Positions 51,396 to 63,389 are shown, counted from the whole stretch's first letter. The stretch is 63,524 bases of DNA, filler included, from Bigelowiella natans CCMP2755 (GCA_000320545.1; 6 parts of 6 records of this genome joined end to end with filler, not necessarily neighbours in it), one strand, 5' to 3'. Notes: generated from the letters alone by a model not told the origin. Numbers and translations are program-made.

Positions 51396-54023
51396 TCATG
51401 TGTGTAATGCCCTGTAGTTCTGACTACTGAACGCATCCCCTGATATGCTTAGGCCGTAAGGGATACGACGAAGTGCCACTTCCTGTGCCTGCTGGAGAAC
51501 GCGGTAATGGGGCCGGGAGGTTTTGTGGATGGGTGTCTGCATGTATGATTCATTTTTATCTAGGGAAGAGTAGTATTTGTATCCTATGACGTGTTCAATA
51601 ACGTCATCTATCCTTGGTGTAGGTGTCTGGATCCTCTTTATTACTCGGTTGTGGCGGATGAAGTTGTGCGCCAGGCGGAAGAAAGGGTAAGTAGGTTTCT
51701 TAGCTAGCACATGTCTCACGTTCCATGGTGAGTTGCTTGGCTCTATCTTCCCTTCCTTTGCCCATTCATTGATCTGCCACTCTATCTTTTCCCAGTCCGC
51801 TTCCGGTCGCCTATGTTCTGGGTCATTGATGATGCACTCTTCGTATCCCTTCTTTAGCTCGATCTTTACTGGGGTAAGCTTGCTGGAGGGCTTCGTCGTC
51901 GGCTTGGTGATGTCAGAGTACTTCTCGTTTAATATTTTATTAATGTACTTTTTGCCTTTGTCGATATCCCAATCATCAGCTGGGGGGGTCTTGTCCAGTA
52001 GCTCCGTTATCTGTCGGATGGTCTTGCCGGGGTTCTTCTTCCGTAGCTCGGTAGGTGTAGGTAGCTTGTTGTCCGCTAGGTCCATAAACTCTAACGCATT
52101 AACGCTTGACTCAGAGGTCCACTCGTCAAGCCGTATCATGTTCTGGCTGATGGTCCTGCCTGACTTCTTTGGCAACTTAGCAAAGTATATCTTGTGATTG
52201 TAGAATGATATGATCCCCCCTAATTTTTCTAGGGCATCCTGTCCGAGGAGTAGTTCCATGGATAAAGTCATGGCTACTCGGGTCTTGATTTGGGTCTCCG
52301 CGTCGCTGCCAGGTATCTGTAGCTTTAGCATTAGCTCACCGACGGTCTTCATGGAAGAGCTTCCGTCTGCTTGAGCATATTTACGTTCTTTCTTAGTCAC
52401 TTGATCCAATAGTCCTAACCTTCTTACTGTGCTTAGGCTTATGAAGGACTTCGGCATGCTGCCACTATCCCAAAGGGCAGGTAGTTTCTTGTAGTCTCCG
52501 TAGCTGTCTTTAACTTTAACCTTGGTCATAGCAACTTTGATAGTCCTGTTAGCGTCTTCGTCATTAATGTTGCATACTCCTAAGTTCTTTATGTCGTCTA
52601 GGGTCATGGGCTTGTCTTGGTCCTGCGTTGCTGGTACTGCTGTCTTCGTCGGCGCCTGCTTAAGGTGATCTAATATTCCGTTTATCTGCTGCTGTATAGC
52701 ATTGATACTGTTCTGCTTTTTGTTCTTATATTTATTGTTCTTCCCGTTGTTGCTGCCTTGCCATTTGCTGTTGTTATATCCTTGTCCTCTGCCTTTCTTT
52801 CTCTTTAACTTCTCGTAGTGTTCGTTGAGCTGCCTGATCGTCATCCTGGGTCGTCCTTCTTTCCTGTCTCTGCAGTCTTTAGCGGTGTGTTTCCCTTTAC
52901 GTGAGCAGTATCCGCAACGTCGGTTACCTTCCCTGTCCTTGTACCAGTCTCGCTGCGGCTTAATAGCGTTAATGTTTCCTATGCCAGGTACCTTAGGGCT
53001 GGTAAACTTGCGGTCCTGCTCCTGCTCGCGTAGGGATATAGCCTGCACTGCTGCCTCCATCGTGGTGTAGCCTTTCTCCGTAACGTAAGTGGATTCCTTT
53101 ATCTTTAACTTGAACTCTTCAAACCTTGCCTGATCATCACCTGTGTTGTAATTAAAATCATGTAGTTCGTCGATCATATCCTGGAAGCGCGTGGCAAAGT
53201 CTCTAACAGGTTCTCTCTCATGCTGCATCATTGCTCTGTATTTTCTAATAGCCTGGGGTAGGGAGTTAGCATCCTGTTCATTTACAAAAGCCTTCATTAT
53301 CGCCTCAACGTCTCGTAGCCCACTAACTGTAGTGTGTATTTTCTCTAGCTGCCTGATCCGGGTCCTGCCTGTCTCGTAAAGGTCCATGGCTTGCTTTATT
53401 ATAGCTAGCCATTTGAGCTTGTCGTTTTCGGTGGGGTTAGGGGTAAAGTCGCAGAGTATACTCCTAGCGTTCTTCCACCACCTCCTTGCCTCACCTCTTT
53501 TCCCGTTGTATTTCGTTATCATAACCGGTGCTGTTTTAACAGACATGAACTGGGTGTTCCGCTGTACCGGCTGCTGCTGCTTGACGGTGCTCTGGGTCGT
53601 CCCCCGCGAGGCGCCCAGACCCCCGTCGTTCCTAAACAAAGCTGCCCACTCTGGAGGTAAGTCTGCTTCGTAATCCATGATGTCCTGCATGATAGCTGCC
53701 CAAACATCATGTGTCTGATACTTGTATTCTATCGATACTTTCAGTTTGGCGTAGTTGCTCGCCCTGGGTCGCAAGGCTCGTAATGCCATTACGACCTTCT
53801 TGCTTTCGGCGGCCACGTCCTCGTCGTCCGCCTCGTAGAAGTTCTCCAGTGCCTCTGCTGCTGCATCTGCTTTCTTAATCCCGGGTGCTGGTCCCGGCGG
53901 TGCCTGTGGAGGTGTTCCTCCTCCTTCCTTAGCGTCCGTATCGCCCTTCCTTTCCTGTTTCTGCTCGTGCCCTTGCACGGCCTGCGAGCCAAAGTCCTGC
54001 TGTTCTTCTAGCTGCTGTGACAT
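51396..54023 (-). CDS. Gag-protease-(RT start) polyprotein in a single frame
   Basis: Gag capsid-like Q..REPVRDFATRF, zinc knuckle CGYCSRKGKHTAKDC, protease ALWDSGS...LLLGQDAL, RT start IEPSNSPWN. Confidence 0.92.
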   Translation of the reverse strand: MSQQLEEQQDFGSQAVQGHEQKQERKGDTDAKEGGGTPPQAPPGPAPGIKKADAAAEALENFYEADDEDVAAESKKVVMALRALRPRASNYAKLKVSIEYKYQTHDVWAAIMQDIMDYEADLPPEWAALFRNDGGLGASRGTTQSTVKQQQPVQRNTQFMSVKTAPVMITKYNGKRGEARRWWKNARSILCDFTPNPTENDKLKWLAIIKQAMDLYETGRTRIRQLEKIHTTVSGLRDVEAIMKAFVNEQDANSLPQAIRKYRAMMQHEREPVRDFATRFQDMIDELHDFNYNTGDDQARFEEFKLKIKESTYVTEKGYTTMEAAVQAISLREQEQDRKFTSPKVPGIGNINAIKPQRDWYKDREGNRRCGYCSRKGKHTAKDCRDRKEGRPRMTIRQLNEHYEKLKRKKGRGQGYNNSKWQGSNNGKNNKYKNKKQNSINAIQQQINGILDHLKQAPTKTAVPATQDQDKPMTLDDIKNLGVCNINDEDANRTIKVAMTKVKVKDSYGDYKKLPALWDSGSMPKSFISLSTVRRLGLLDQVTKKERKYAQADGSSSMKTVGELMLKLQIPGSDAETQIKTRVAMTLSMELLLGQDALEKLGGIISFYNHKIYFAKLPKKSGRTISQNMIRLDEWTSESSVNALEFMDLADNKLPTPTELRKKNPGKTIRQITELLDKTPPADDWDIDKGKKYINKILNEKYSDITKPTTKPSSKLTPVKIELKKGYEECIINDPEHRRPEADWEKIEWQINEWAKEGKIEPSNSPWNVRHVLAKKPTYPFFRLAHNFIRHNRVIKRIQTPTPRIDDVIEHVIGYKYYSSLDKNESYMQTPIHKTSRPHYRVLQQAQEVALRRIPYGLSISGDAFSSQNYRALHT

Positions 54024-54039
54024 TGTTAGTCAAATCGTT

Positions 54040-54057
54040 TCCCGTGTGTGGAAGCCA
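54040..54057 (-). promoter_or_regulatory. Primer-binding site
   Basis: TGGCTTCCACACACGGGA lies 5 nt after the LTR's terminal CA and just before the gag ATG; it is the complement of a tRNA-like ...GGAAGCCA 3' end. Confidence 0.75.
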
Positions 54058-54062
54058 AAGGT

Positions 54063-54386
54063 TGTTGCGCGTAAGGTGTTCACAGGCCGAGGCGCTACGT
54101 GCACAAGTAGGCAGGGGGGGGGAAAGGCACGTTTGCTTCCTTTTGAAGAGTTGTGTTTATTTTTATTAAAGATTATATTTTTATTAAATCGTGCACTGCG
54201 TAATCATTCGCGAAGCTTTCGCGAATGCCGCCGCACGTGGGGCAGCAGGTGTTCACAGGCCGAGGCGCTACGTGCACAAGTAGGCAGGGGGGGGGAAAGG
54301 CACGTTTGCTTCCTTTTGATTCTATATCCGCGACAACCCCTTTGTTGTCGCACGTGACTTGTGCCCGCGTAGTGGTACGCGCTACA
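54063..54386 (-). repeat. LTR (5' LTR of left copy; internal segment probably mis-assembled)
   Basis: TG...CA ends with a 10/11-bp terminal inverted repeat; matches 54512-54837 except for a replaced ~70-nt internal block. Confidence 0.9.
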
Positions 54387-54511
54387 CACCGCGCCTTCTC
54401 CTCTTAACACCACGTCTAGCACGTGTTCTCAAGACTTCAAGAACTTGGTTGAATGATCGAATGGCTTTGCTGGTTGAGCGCAGACGACCCTATTGGGGAG
54501 GGCATGGATGA

Positions 54512-54837
54512 TGTTGCGCGTAAGGTGTTCACAGGCCGAGGCGCTACGTGCACAAGTAGGCAGGGGGGGGGAAAGGCACGTTTGCTTCCTTTTGAAGAGT
54601 TGTGTTTATTTTTATTAAAGATTATATTTTTATTAAATCGTGCACTGCGTAATCATTCGCGAAGCTTTCGCGAATGCCGCCGCACGTGGGGCAGCACACT
54701 TCCGGTGTGCTGCCATGAGTCCCGCCGGAACCCACGTGCCTATGCTGTATTAATATCTACGTTATCTATATTCTATATCCGCGACAACCCCTTTGTTGTC
54801 GCACGTGACTTGTGCCCGCGTAGTGGTACGCGCTACA
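54512..54837 (-). repeat. LTR, 326 bp (3' LTR of right copy)
   Basis: TGTAGCGCGTA...TACGCGCAACA on the minus strand, directly preceded by a PPT. Confidence 0.93.
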
Positions 54838-54845
54838 CCTCCCCC
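54838..54845 (-). promoter_or_regulatory. Polypurine tract
   Basis: GGGGGAGG abutting the 3' LTR on the minus strand. Confidence 0.8.
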
Positions 54846-54888
54846 AAGTCACGTTGCTCCTTCCTTCCTTCCTTATTCCCTTAGACCT

Positions 54889-55425
54889 TCATCGCTTTCG
54901 GAACTTCACCAACCACCAGGTAATAGATTCCTCTCTAACCTTATCTCCTTTGTCGCTTACCCAGAACTCACCTTCGTCCTTAGGTTCGTGTCCATACCAG
55001 CCCTCTGCATCAAGGTCCCCCAGGACCTTATACCAGTGCTCAAAGGGTAAGTCGGGAACAGCTAGGTAGAGTAGCTGATATTTTCCGTCCTTTATTTTCA
55101 TAGCTACCCTCTCCATATTTCGTAATCCAGGGTAGCCTAGATAGACAATCTTCATGCGCCAATCGTCGTTCACCCTGACCTTATTGTTTCCATATTCCAC
55201 ATCGAACTTAGGTCGGGGTCCTAAACAAGGCATTGCTCGCTCCCACACAGTAGGGTTTACTTTAACATCCTCTAGGAGCTTCTCACCGATATCATAATTC
55301 TTTAGTGACTGATGTGGCGCTCCCACACAGTAGGGTTTACTTTAACATCCTCTAGGAGCTTCTCACCGATATCATAATTCTTTAGGTGACTGATGTGGCG
55401 CAAGGTGACCCTGTTCCCATCATCA
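54889..55425 (-). CDS. Integrase C-terminal end fused to a degenerate Dam-like (DIRS MT-type) adenine methyltransferase fold
   Basis: RVTLRHISHLKNY (IN SH3-like end) continues in frame into DVKVNPTVWE...GPRPKFDV...DDW....YLGYPG..MERVAMKI...LYLAVPDLPFEHWYKVL. Confidence 0.6.
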
Positions 55426-56431
55426 GATTTACCTTGGCCCTAACATACTGTCCTTCCTTTAGAACTCGGCCATCCCAGAAGGGGTCTTGTTTATTTCTCG
55501 ATCTCAGATTTACCTTGGCCCTAACATACTGTCCTTCCTTTAGAACTCGGCCATCGTACGGGACCTTCTCGTCTTCGCTCTCGGTATCGTCGTCGTTGTC
55601 GTCGCCTTCTTCCCTCTCCTTATCCTTGATACCTCCCCCAGACGTGAAGGTGTCGTTTACTAACCCTTGTATCTTGTCTGGTGTGGTGCTATTTATCCTG
55701 CTTAGGTTGGCCAAGGTGCGGTGGAGTCGCTCTACCTTGGAGTTGGACTGGGCATAGTATACAGGTGAGGCATCAATATTAGGGTGTGGTAGCTGTAGAA
55801 GAGAGGTCTCATTATCCACATGTAACTTCTTTGGTATCTTGTTTATGCTAACTTCATCAGGGATAGCCTGGAGCTCAGACTCCCAGGTACGGTAGCAGTT
55901 AGTAAGCCTCTGCTTATATAAGCCTTTGTTCTTCTTAGCAACGTTGACCTTGATAATCTTTTTAACCCAGCACTTTCCAGTGGCCACATCAACGAAGGTA
56001 AGGTAGTGATAGCCATCGTACTTATAAACATCAATTTGCACGATATCTAAGAAGTTCCTTGCTTTGATTTTCTTAGATGCACGGCTCTTGCTGGACTCCT
56101 TGGTGGCGACGCCTGCCGCCTTCAAGCTGGAGCACCTGCAGCCACGCAGGTATGTCCTTATCTCTTTTAGCTTGTAGGGCCAGTAGTAATGGTAGAGTAG
56201 AGCAGTGATATGGTTTTCTCCTACGTGTGCAGGTCCATGGGCGGTAAAGAGAAGGGCTCCCCTGGTCCGCCGTGGCACGTAGGTACGCCTAACATTATTA
56301 GTGTATACATATATCCTATCACTAAGTACCTCATGCTTGTGTTTGTATTTATCCAGGTGTTCTTGAAGGTGCTGGAGCTCCTCTGGCTCAGGCAGGAAGT
56401 CGCCGTCCTCGAAGGTAATCGCGTTAACCAT
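55426..56431 (-). CDS. Integrase (HHCC, DDE, GPY/F)
   Basis: AHGPAHVG...YYWP...CRC; QIDVY, HVDNE, SNSKVERLHRTL; KQDPFWDG. Confidence 0.92.
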
Positions 56432-56439
56432 AGGGGTGA

Positions 56440-58345
56440 CCTGGGTAGGGACTTTCTTTTCGAACAGCCTGCTGAAATAGTCAGCAAGCTGCTTGTCTCT
56501 GGTGCGTAGACCACTGTCCTCTTGTCCCTAAACTCTTCCGTGTCCGCCCTCATAGCTGCATACTCATCGTTAGGCGCTTCGAGCTTGCGGTCGATGCCTA
56601 GGAGGGGCTTGTGGTCAGTCATTAAGGTGAAGCTGGGCACCGACAGCAGGTAGTATCTTAGTTTCCTCTGCGCTCAGTCATGGCTTTATACTCTCCTTTT
56701 GTAGGGCTGTACTTGGCCTCAGCTGCTGTGCAGGCCTGCCCCACACCCGTATGATCTGCTGGTCTTGGGTAAGTACAGCAGCCATACCTAGCTTAGACCA
56801 GTCTGTCCATAGGGTAGCTGGTCTAGTAGTGTCTAGCTTAGCATTCAATAGGGTGTTGCTGCATAACTTTATTAGGTTATCGAAGTGGGCATCAAGGCCA
56901 GCCTTGGCCCACACCTTAGCGAAGCTGAGGCCTACAGAGTTCTCCTTCCGGTAAGCAGTAGTAAAAGCAGCTGCAGTCCTAGCGTAGGTAGGGGAGAACC
57001 TACGTAGTATCCAAGCTGCAGTCTGCAAGAATGACTTTAACTCCTTTGCATTCTTAGGTTTAGGGGCTTGCTGTAGTGCTGCTACTTTCTCGGGGTTTGG
57101 GGTGATGCGGCCTTGCTCCAGGTAATATCCACACCACTTGATTCTTGTAGCTAGGAATGTACACTTCTGCAGTCTAATAGTAAAACCGAAGTGTGCAAAC
57201 CTAATAAATATATTTTCCAGGAGGAAGATCTGAGCGACGACTGTGTTGGTACATATTATGTCATCATCCACATACACAAACACAAACACCCACAACACAG
57301 ACGCCATCCCATCATGTGTGTATGCCCTGTAGTTCTGACTACTGAACGCATCCCCTGATATGCTTAGGCCGTAAGGGAATACGACGAAGTGCCACTTCCT
57401 GTGCCTGCTGGAGAACGCGGTAATGGGGCGGGAGGTTTTGTGGATGGGTGTCTGCATGTATGATTCATTTTTATCTAGGGAAGAGTAGTATTTGTATCCT
57501 ATGACGTGTTCAATAACGTCATCTATCCTTGGTGTAGGTGTCTGGATCCTCTTTATTACTCGGTTGTGGCGGATGAAGTTGTGCGCCATATCTACGTTAT
57601 CTATATTCTTTCTTAGCTAGCACATGTCTCACGTTCCATGGTGAGTTGCTTGGCTCTATCTTCCCTTCCTTTGCCCATTCATTGATCTGCCACTCTATCT
57701 TTTCCCAGTCCGCTTCCGGTCGCCTATGTTCTGGGTCATTGATGATGCACTCTTCGTATCCCTTCTTTAGCTCGATCTTTACTGGGGTAAGCTTGCTGGA
57801 GGGCTTCGTCGTCGGCTTGGTGATGTCAGAGTACTTCTCGTTTAATATTTTATTAATGTACTTTTTGCCTTTGTCGATATCCCAATCATCAGCTGGGGGG
57901 GTCTTGTCCAGTAGCTCCGTTATCTGTCGGATGGTCTTGCCGGGGTTCTTCTTCCGTAGCTCGGTAGGTGTAGGTAGCTTGTTGTCCGCTAGGTCCATAA
58001 ACTCTAACGCATTAACGCTTGACTCAGAGGTCCACTCGTCAAGCCGTATCATGTTCTGGCTGATGGTCCTGCCTGACTTCTTTGGCAACTTAGCAAAGTA
58101 TATCTTGTGATTGTAGAATGATATGATCCCCCCTAATTTTTCTAGGGCATCCTGTCCGAGGAGTAGTTCCATGGATAAAGTCATGGCTACTCGGGTCTTG
58201 ATTTGGGTCTCCGCGTCGCTGCCAGGTATCTGTAGCTTTAGCATTAGCTCACCGACGTCTTCATGGAAGAGCTTCCGTCTGCTTGAGCATATTTACGTTC
58301 TTTCTTAGTCACTTGATCCAATAGTCCTAACCTTCTTACTGTGCT
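56440..58345 (-). CDS. Protease tail-RT-RNase H of the right copy (frameshifted in the assembly)
   Basis: FPYGL, YVDD, LQKCTF..IKWCG, ELKSFL, LWTDWS.LGMAAVLTQ, FTLMTDHKPL. Confidence 0.92.
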
Positions 58346-58593
58346 NNNNNNNNNNNNNNNNNNNNNNNNNNNNNNNNNNNNNNNNNNNNTTAATTAATTA
58401 ANNNNNNNNNNNNNNNNNNNNNNNNNNNNNNNNNNNNNNNNNNNNTACACACACACACACACACACACACAATATATATACTATATATATATATATATAT
58501 ATACCCGCGTTTAGATAATTACACTTATATTCAGATTCCGCAACAAAACCGCACAGCAATGCTAATAAATAACTATGACGAATTACGTATCTG

Positions 58594-58899
58594 ACCCTGT
58601 TCAAAGACTCGCCTCTCTCTTCCACGCCTTTATCCGGCCGAGCCCCTGCATCATTCTCTATTCCGCCACTCGAATGTACCCCCCCCTCCGCGCTTCCTGA
58701 GGGACATAGGAAGGAAAAACGAAGTTGCATTCAGTCATTAGGCGCATCATGCTTGTCAGTCACACTCAGGCCGCGTGACGTGATAACGACCTCTATCTTT
58801 CAATCCATCCTCCTCCTGGAGCCTCCTAAGTCAACAAACACATCATCCTTCCTCATTTCATTCGGCGTCGGTGTAAGCGTTCTGTAGCAGCCTCGACGC

Positions 58900-58939
<40 letters not shown>

Positions 58940-59015
58940 ACTCTTCGGTTTTTTCAAGTGTGTTGGGAATCTGTCTGTCAAGAGAAATGATCACTGACGA
59001 CGCCCTCGATGCTGC

Positions 59016-59053
<38 letters not shown>

Positions 59054-59153
59054 AAGCATCATTAGCGCGAGTTCTCAGAGCCTGCATCCCTTTCCTTATC
59101 CAGAGCTTTCCCCTTTCAAATCCGCTGAGCTATTGACTACAACAACTACTACA

Positions 59154-59188
<35 letters not shown>

Positions 59189-60316
59189 CGAGAATCTTCC
59201 TCGCCTTGGCCGCCGTCATCACAACGGACATTATCATCACCTTCTTCCTCGTGGTATTGTTGATATTCCCCATCGTCTCTCAGCCGCTCGCTTGTAGCGT
59301 CTACAACGCCCTGGCCAGCATCGGCAGCACTTGCTTGCATGCCCTCGATTAATTCTTGAAATTTTTGGTAGATTAAATTGAGAAAGTGCGGGTCCTCCGC
59401 GTACCTGATACGCGTGTAAACAAGCAAACAAGCATGTTTCTAATTTAAGAGAAATAAAGATGTACTGATGCAATAGTGACAGTTTTTGCATAACATTTCG
59501 TAAGTGTACACGATCACGTATGCACATATAGGCAATGTGCGTGTGTTTGCGTGTGAGCATATGTGCATATGTGTGTGTTTATCTTGCGTGTGATTTAACA
59601 CGAAAATCGTTATTGTACTCTTCAAGAGCCCTCGTTCCATGTCTACGATAATCATCGAAGAATCCTGATAAACTTTGGTCATCCTGGGAGCACGCAACAC
59701 AACGGCATTACAACAAAGACGGAGATCATACATCTGTACAATGCTCGTTTAGGTCTCAATGCGCCTTTCACGCTCTCCATTTTTTGAGGCGGTTCTGGAA
59801 GAACGCTGCTCGCCCCAAAAAAAAATTGATAAACAATCTGTGTTTCCCGTTGTGAGTGCTGCTGAACAATGCGTTGGAAACAGTGCCAGCTGGTGTAACA
59901 AAAGCGCAAAAATAATTCGATCACGCCTCTATCTCTTAGCAGCACCTGGAGGAGGCCGATAACCTTCTGGAAATTTTGAAGGAACCCGGACAGGTTTGTC
60001 CCTAATCACGCGCGCGCATATGGGTTAATTCCGTGGAGACAATCTGCACAGAATAGAAAATTGTACTCCGCGGCAAGCGAGAGAATATTGCATTCGTGTC
60101 GCGGTTGCATTTAGGTGCATTTCTGTAAACTCTGCCTTCATTCTATCTAGGTGGGCACCTGTCGCATTCACATCGACGTTGTCTATAATGGAATTCATGT
60201 CCTCTTTGGTCAGGTGTGTGCGCGAAATCGTCCTAATTTTTTACAACACATCCGGGCCAGTCGTATATTCACTCAGTATGCGAATATACACACACATACA
60301 AACACACACACACACA

Positions 60317-60359
<43 letters not shown>

Positions 60360-60873
60360 GTGGATGGCATACCCGCCTCTCTCCGCTCGCTTCGGTGGAC
60401 GTGGAGGGCCGATCATTCTCCCTCTCAAGCCCTGAAACAAGCGATATACACCATGTTTATTAAATCTCTATATCAGCACCATGAAAAATTCCTGAAACAA
60501 ATGGAGACAGGTCAACGACCGAGGCATGCACACATACACGTACACGCACATATTGTACAAAAGCGATGAGTATGACAATGCTGATGATGAGGGCTTCCTA
60601 TCACCCCTTTGCTGGTGAATTCTTCCTGCGCCTTCTTCTCCATTTTCCGCACACTCAGTGGCTTGTCCTCTTGGTCCCATTGCCTAAACAACCACGAAAC
60701 GCATCTTTGAGTATTCTGAATCTGATGGAATTTTAGAGGCCAACGATCGCATGCTACTGACTTCAACGTGGCGCCGATTCCTCGAGTAGCAATGTCCTGT
60801 TTATGGAAGAAAGAGAAATCGCAAAAGAACATCTTGTCAGGTTGCTATGATTTTTTGATATTAAACAAATTTA

Positions 60874-60909
<36 letters not shown>

Positions 60910-61086
60910 TATATATTTGCTATATATAGGAAAACAAGCTAAATCACGAGGAGCTAGAAGGACCCCTGACCTTGATCGTAGACTGTCTTTCCTGCTGCTT
61001 CAATTGTTTACCGAAATCTGCCGCCTGTGCGTGTACATTATAAACATCAATAAAAGAAGCAAATTATCTTATACACACACACACAC

Positions 61087-61128
<42 letters not shown>

Positions 61129-61345
61129 CAGATATATTAATCCTATTTATATGTATTGGCCAATGAGGATATCATATACAACACGCAAAGAATGCGCAAA
61201 GACTCACATTTCGAAAGATAGAAAGAAACCCGCAGATGACCTCGGTCGATATATACAGACCCACGCACAACACAAGCAACAACCAAACATCAAGCAATGA
61301 ATGCATATATACCGAGATTGTCCGCTTATCGGCGTCGTAGGCCTG
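58594..61345 (-). CDS. Unknown multi-exon protein with a possible EF-hand-like segment
   Basis: A series of GT-AG-bounded coding exons, e.g. LTKEDMNSIIDNVDVNATG, VLLRDRGVIELFLRFC..., VRYAEDPHFLNLIYQKFQELIE. Confidence 0.5.
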
Positions 61346-61531
61346 ACTGAAAAAGTAAAGATACACACACACGCAAACAGGCACTCGTGAGCAAGACTAA
61401 CGCGTGCTCTTTTTTCATAGCCGCAACTGCGTGTGCTGACAGATAAATAGCGCGCCGCTTTATGAATAAGGAAAAACTATGAAGTATTTCTATAGAGAAA
61501 ATAAGGAAGGCGATTTCGCGCCAAATATTTA

Positions 61532-61587
<56 letters not shown>

Positions 61588-62254
61588 GCGCGATATCGCG
61601 TTCCCTATTTTCTCTATATAAATATTTAATAGTTTTTCTTTATTCATAAAGCGGCGCGCTATTTATCTGTCTGCACACGCAGGTGCGGGTATGAAAAAAG
61701 AGCACGCGTTAGTCTTGCTCACGAGTGCGTGTGTGCGTGTGTGTGTGTGTGTNNNNNNNNNNNNNNNNNNNNNNNNNNNNNNNNNNNNNNNNNNNNTTAA
61801 TTAATTAANNNNNNNNNNNNNNNNNNNNNNNNNNNNNNNNNNNNNNNNNNNNTATCAGAGACATTCGGAATACGTTCCCCCCGATCACAAAAGAAACAGT
61901 ATCACACCCACACCCGCACATATATATATATATATATATGTATATAATATTTATTCATTTGCACGCATCATGCTATGCTGCGCTCAGCAGAGAAGCGTAT
62001 CCTTTGGCGGGTTTCCAATATGTGTATATATATCATGGGGATGGGCTTTGGATTGTGCGCGCGGATCCCCCCCACAAGCTCCCCCCCCCCCCCCCCCCCC
62101 CGGGGGGGGGGTGGAAGGGCGGCTTCAGCGTGGCCACGTTGTACCTGTTGTTTTAGTTTTCGGCTGTTTGTTTTTATATCATCAATGGCGGGCGGATGAG
62201 AGAGCTACTCGCACGCACTTACACACTTAACCACACACACACACACACAAAAAC

Positions 62255-62286
<32 letters not shown>

Positions 62287-62365
62287 CACACACGCATATG
62301 TAAAAACAGACATCGTATATTCACAACGACGACGTCGCTCATCACCCGAAACAACCCAGACACCA

Positions 62366-62524
62366 CATGTCCGATTTGCTATCGTGGCCGACCCGCGTGA
62401 TGACCTCCGGAGCCAAGAACAACGGCGTCCCTGGGAAGGTGGGGGAGGGGGGGATAACTTTTCGTGAAAAAAGAAGAGGAGGAGAAGCGAGACTTGCACG
62501 TCGGATGGGAAAGAGAGAAGAGAG

Positions 62525-62570
<46 letters not shown>

Positions 62571-62926
62571 GGGAGGGGGGGAAGGGAGATCTACCAGCTG
62601 GCCCTCCTGCTGATGGAGACGTAGCGTTTGTGCTCGGTTTCAGGGAGCAAGAGATGCCTAGTGTTGATGACATATAATACATACCATCAGAACGATGATA
62701 TCCAGTGAAACAGAAAGAAATGAGAACAAGAAGAAGAGAAAGAACAGGAAGAAGAGGAGGAGGAGAAAGAGGAGGAGGAGGAGGAGAGGCCTCGCGTCAT
62801 CATCATCATCATCATCATTGGAAAACACTCGGCGACGAATAGCGACATATCCATGATTGAGCTTTGAGACGGATGGCAGTGCGGCACAGCGTATTATGTA
62901 CAAACGCACACACTAACACACACACA

Positions 62927-62959
<33 letters not shown>

Positions 62960-63203
62960 ACTTGACCAGCACATTTTGACTATTATTGCAATGTACTCCC
63001 TACCCAGATCTGCTATCTTCGCATGATTCATGTTGGTCAGCAAAATATTCATCGCCTGAATAGCAAATACAGCGTAAGATCATGATGATGTTGTTGTTGA
63101 TGATGATGATGGGGACAGGGGACGAGGAGGAATAGGAAGGGTGCGGTGCAAGCACTCAATACTGCATGATAGGTCATGGAGACCCCCGAAGGCAGCGCAG
63201 ACA

Positions 63204-63241
<38 letters not shown>

Positions 63242-63350
63242 GGCTCGAAACACACCTTTATATCTCGATGCAGGATGCTGCGGTCGTGCAAATATGCGAG
63301 CCCATCACATACCTTAACGACACATTTGCTTGATGTAAATACTTATATTA

Positions 63351-63389
<39 letters not shown>

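Larger units (their letters stand above)
51387..58345 (-). mobile_element. Ty3/gypsy LTR retrotransposon, present as two partial tandem copies or one circularly permuted collapsed copy
   Basis: Order gag-PR-RT-RH-IN with LTRs, PBS and PPT; 51387-52435 duplicates 57303-58345; the contig is bounded by gaps. Confidence 0.95.

Noticed and set aside
55241-55560. Local duplications in the integrase C-terminus (GRVLKEGQYVRAKVNL x2; 80-nt repeat)
   Set aside because: They join at short microhomologies (GATGGCC, GCGC) and replace the expected GPY/F continuation, which is typical of collapsed-repeat misassembly.
57588-57610. LTR-derived ~22-mer inside RT, and other pol frameshifts suggesting programmed frameshifting
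   Set aside because: The other copy (about 51673-51696) has normal in-frame sequence of similar length, and single-base indels differ between copies near contig ends; consensus error is likelier.
61362-61752. ~165-bp inverted repeat centred on (AT)n (MITE- or cruciform-like)
   Set aside because: The second arm ends at a contig gap, and nearly all of its ~12 mismatches copy the base two positions away. This is the signature of stutter after a dinucleotide repeat in a fold-back read, so it is most likely an artefact.
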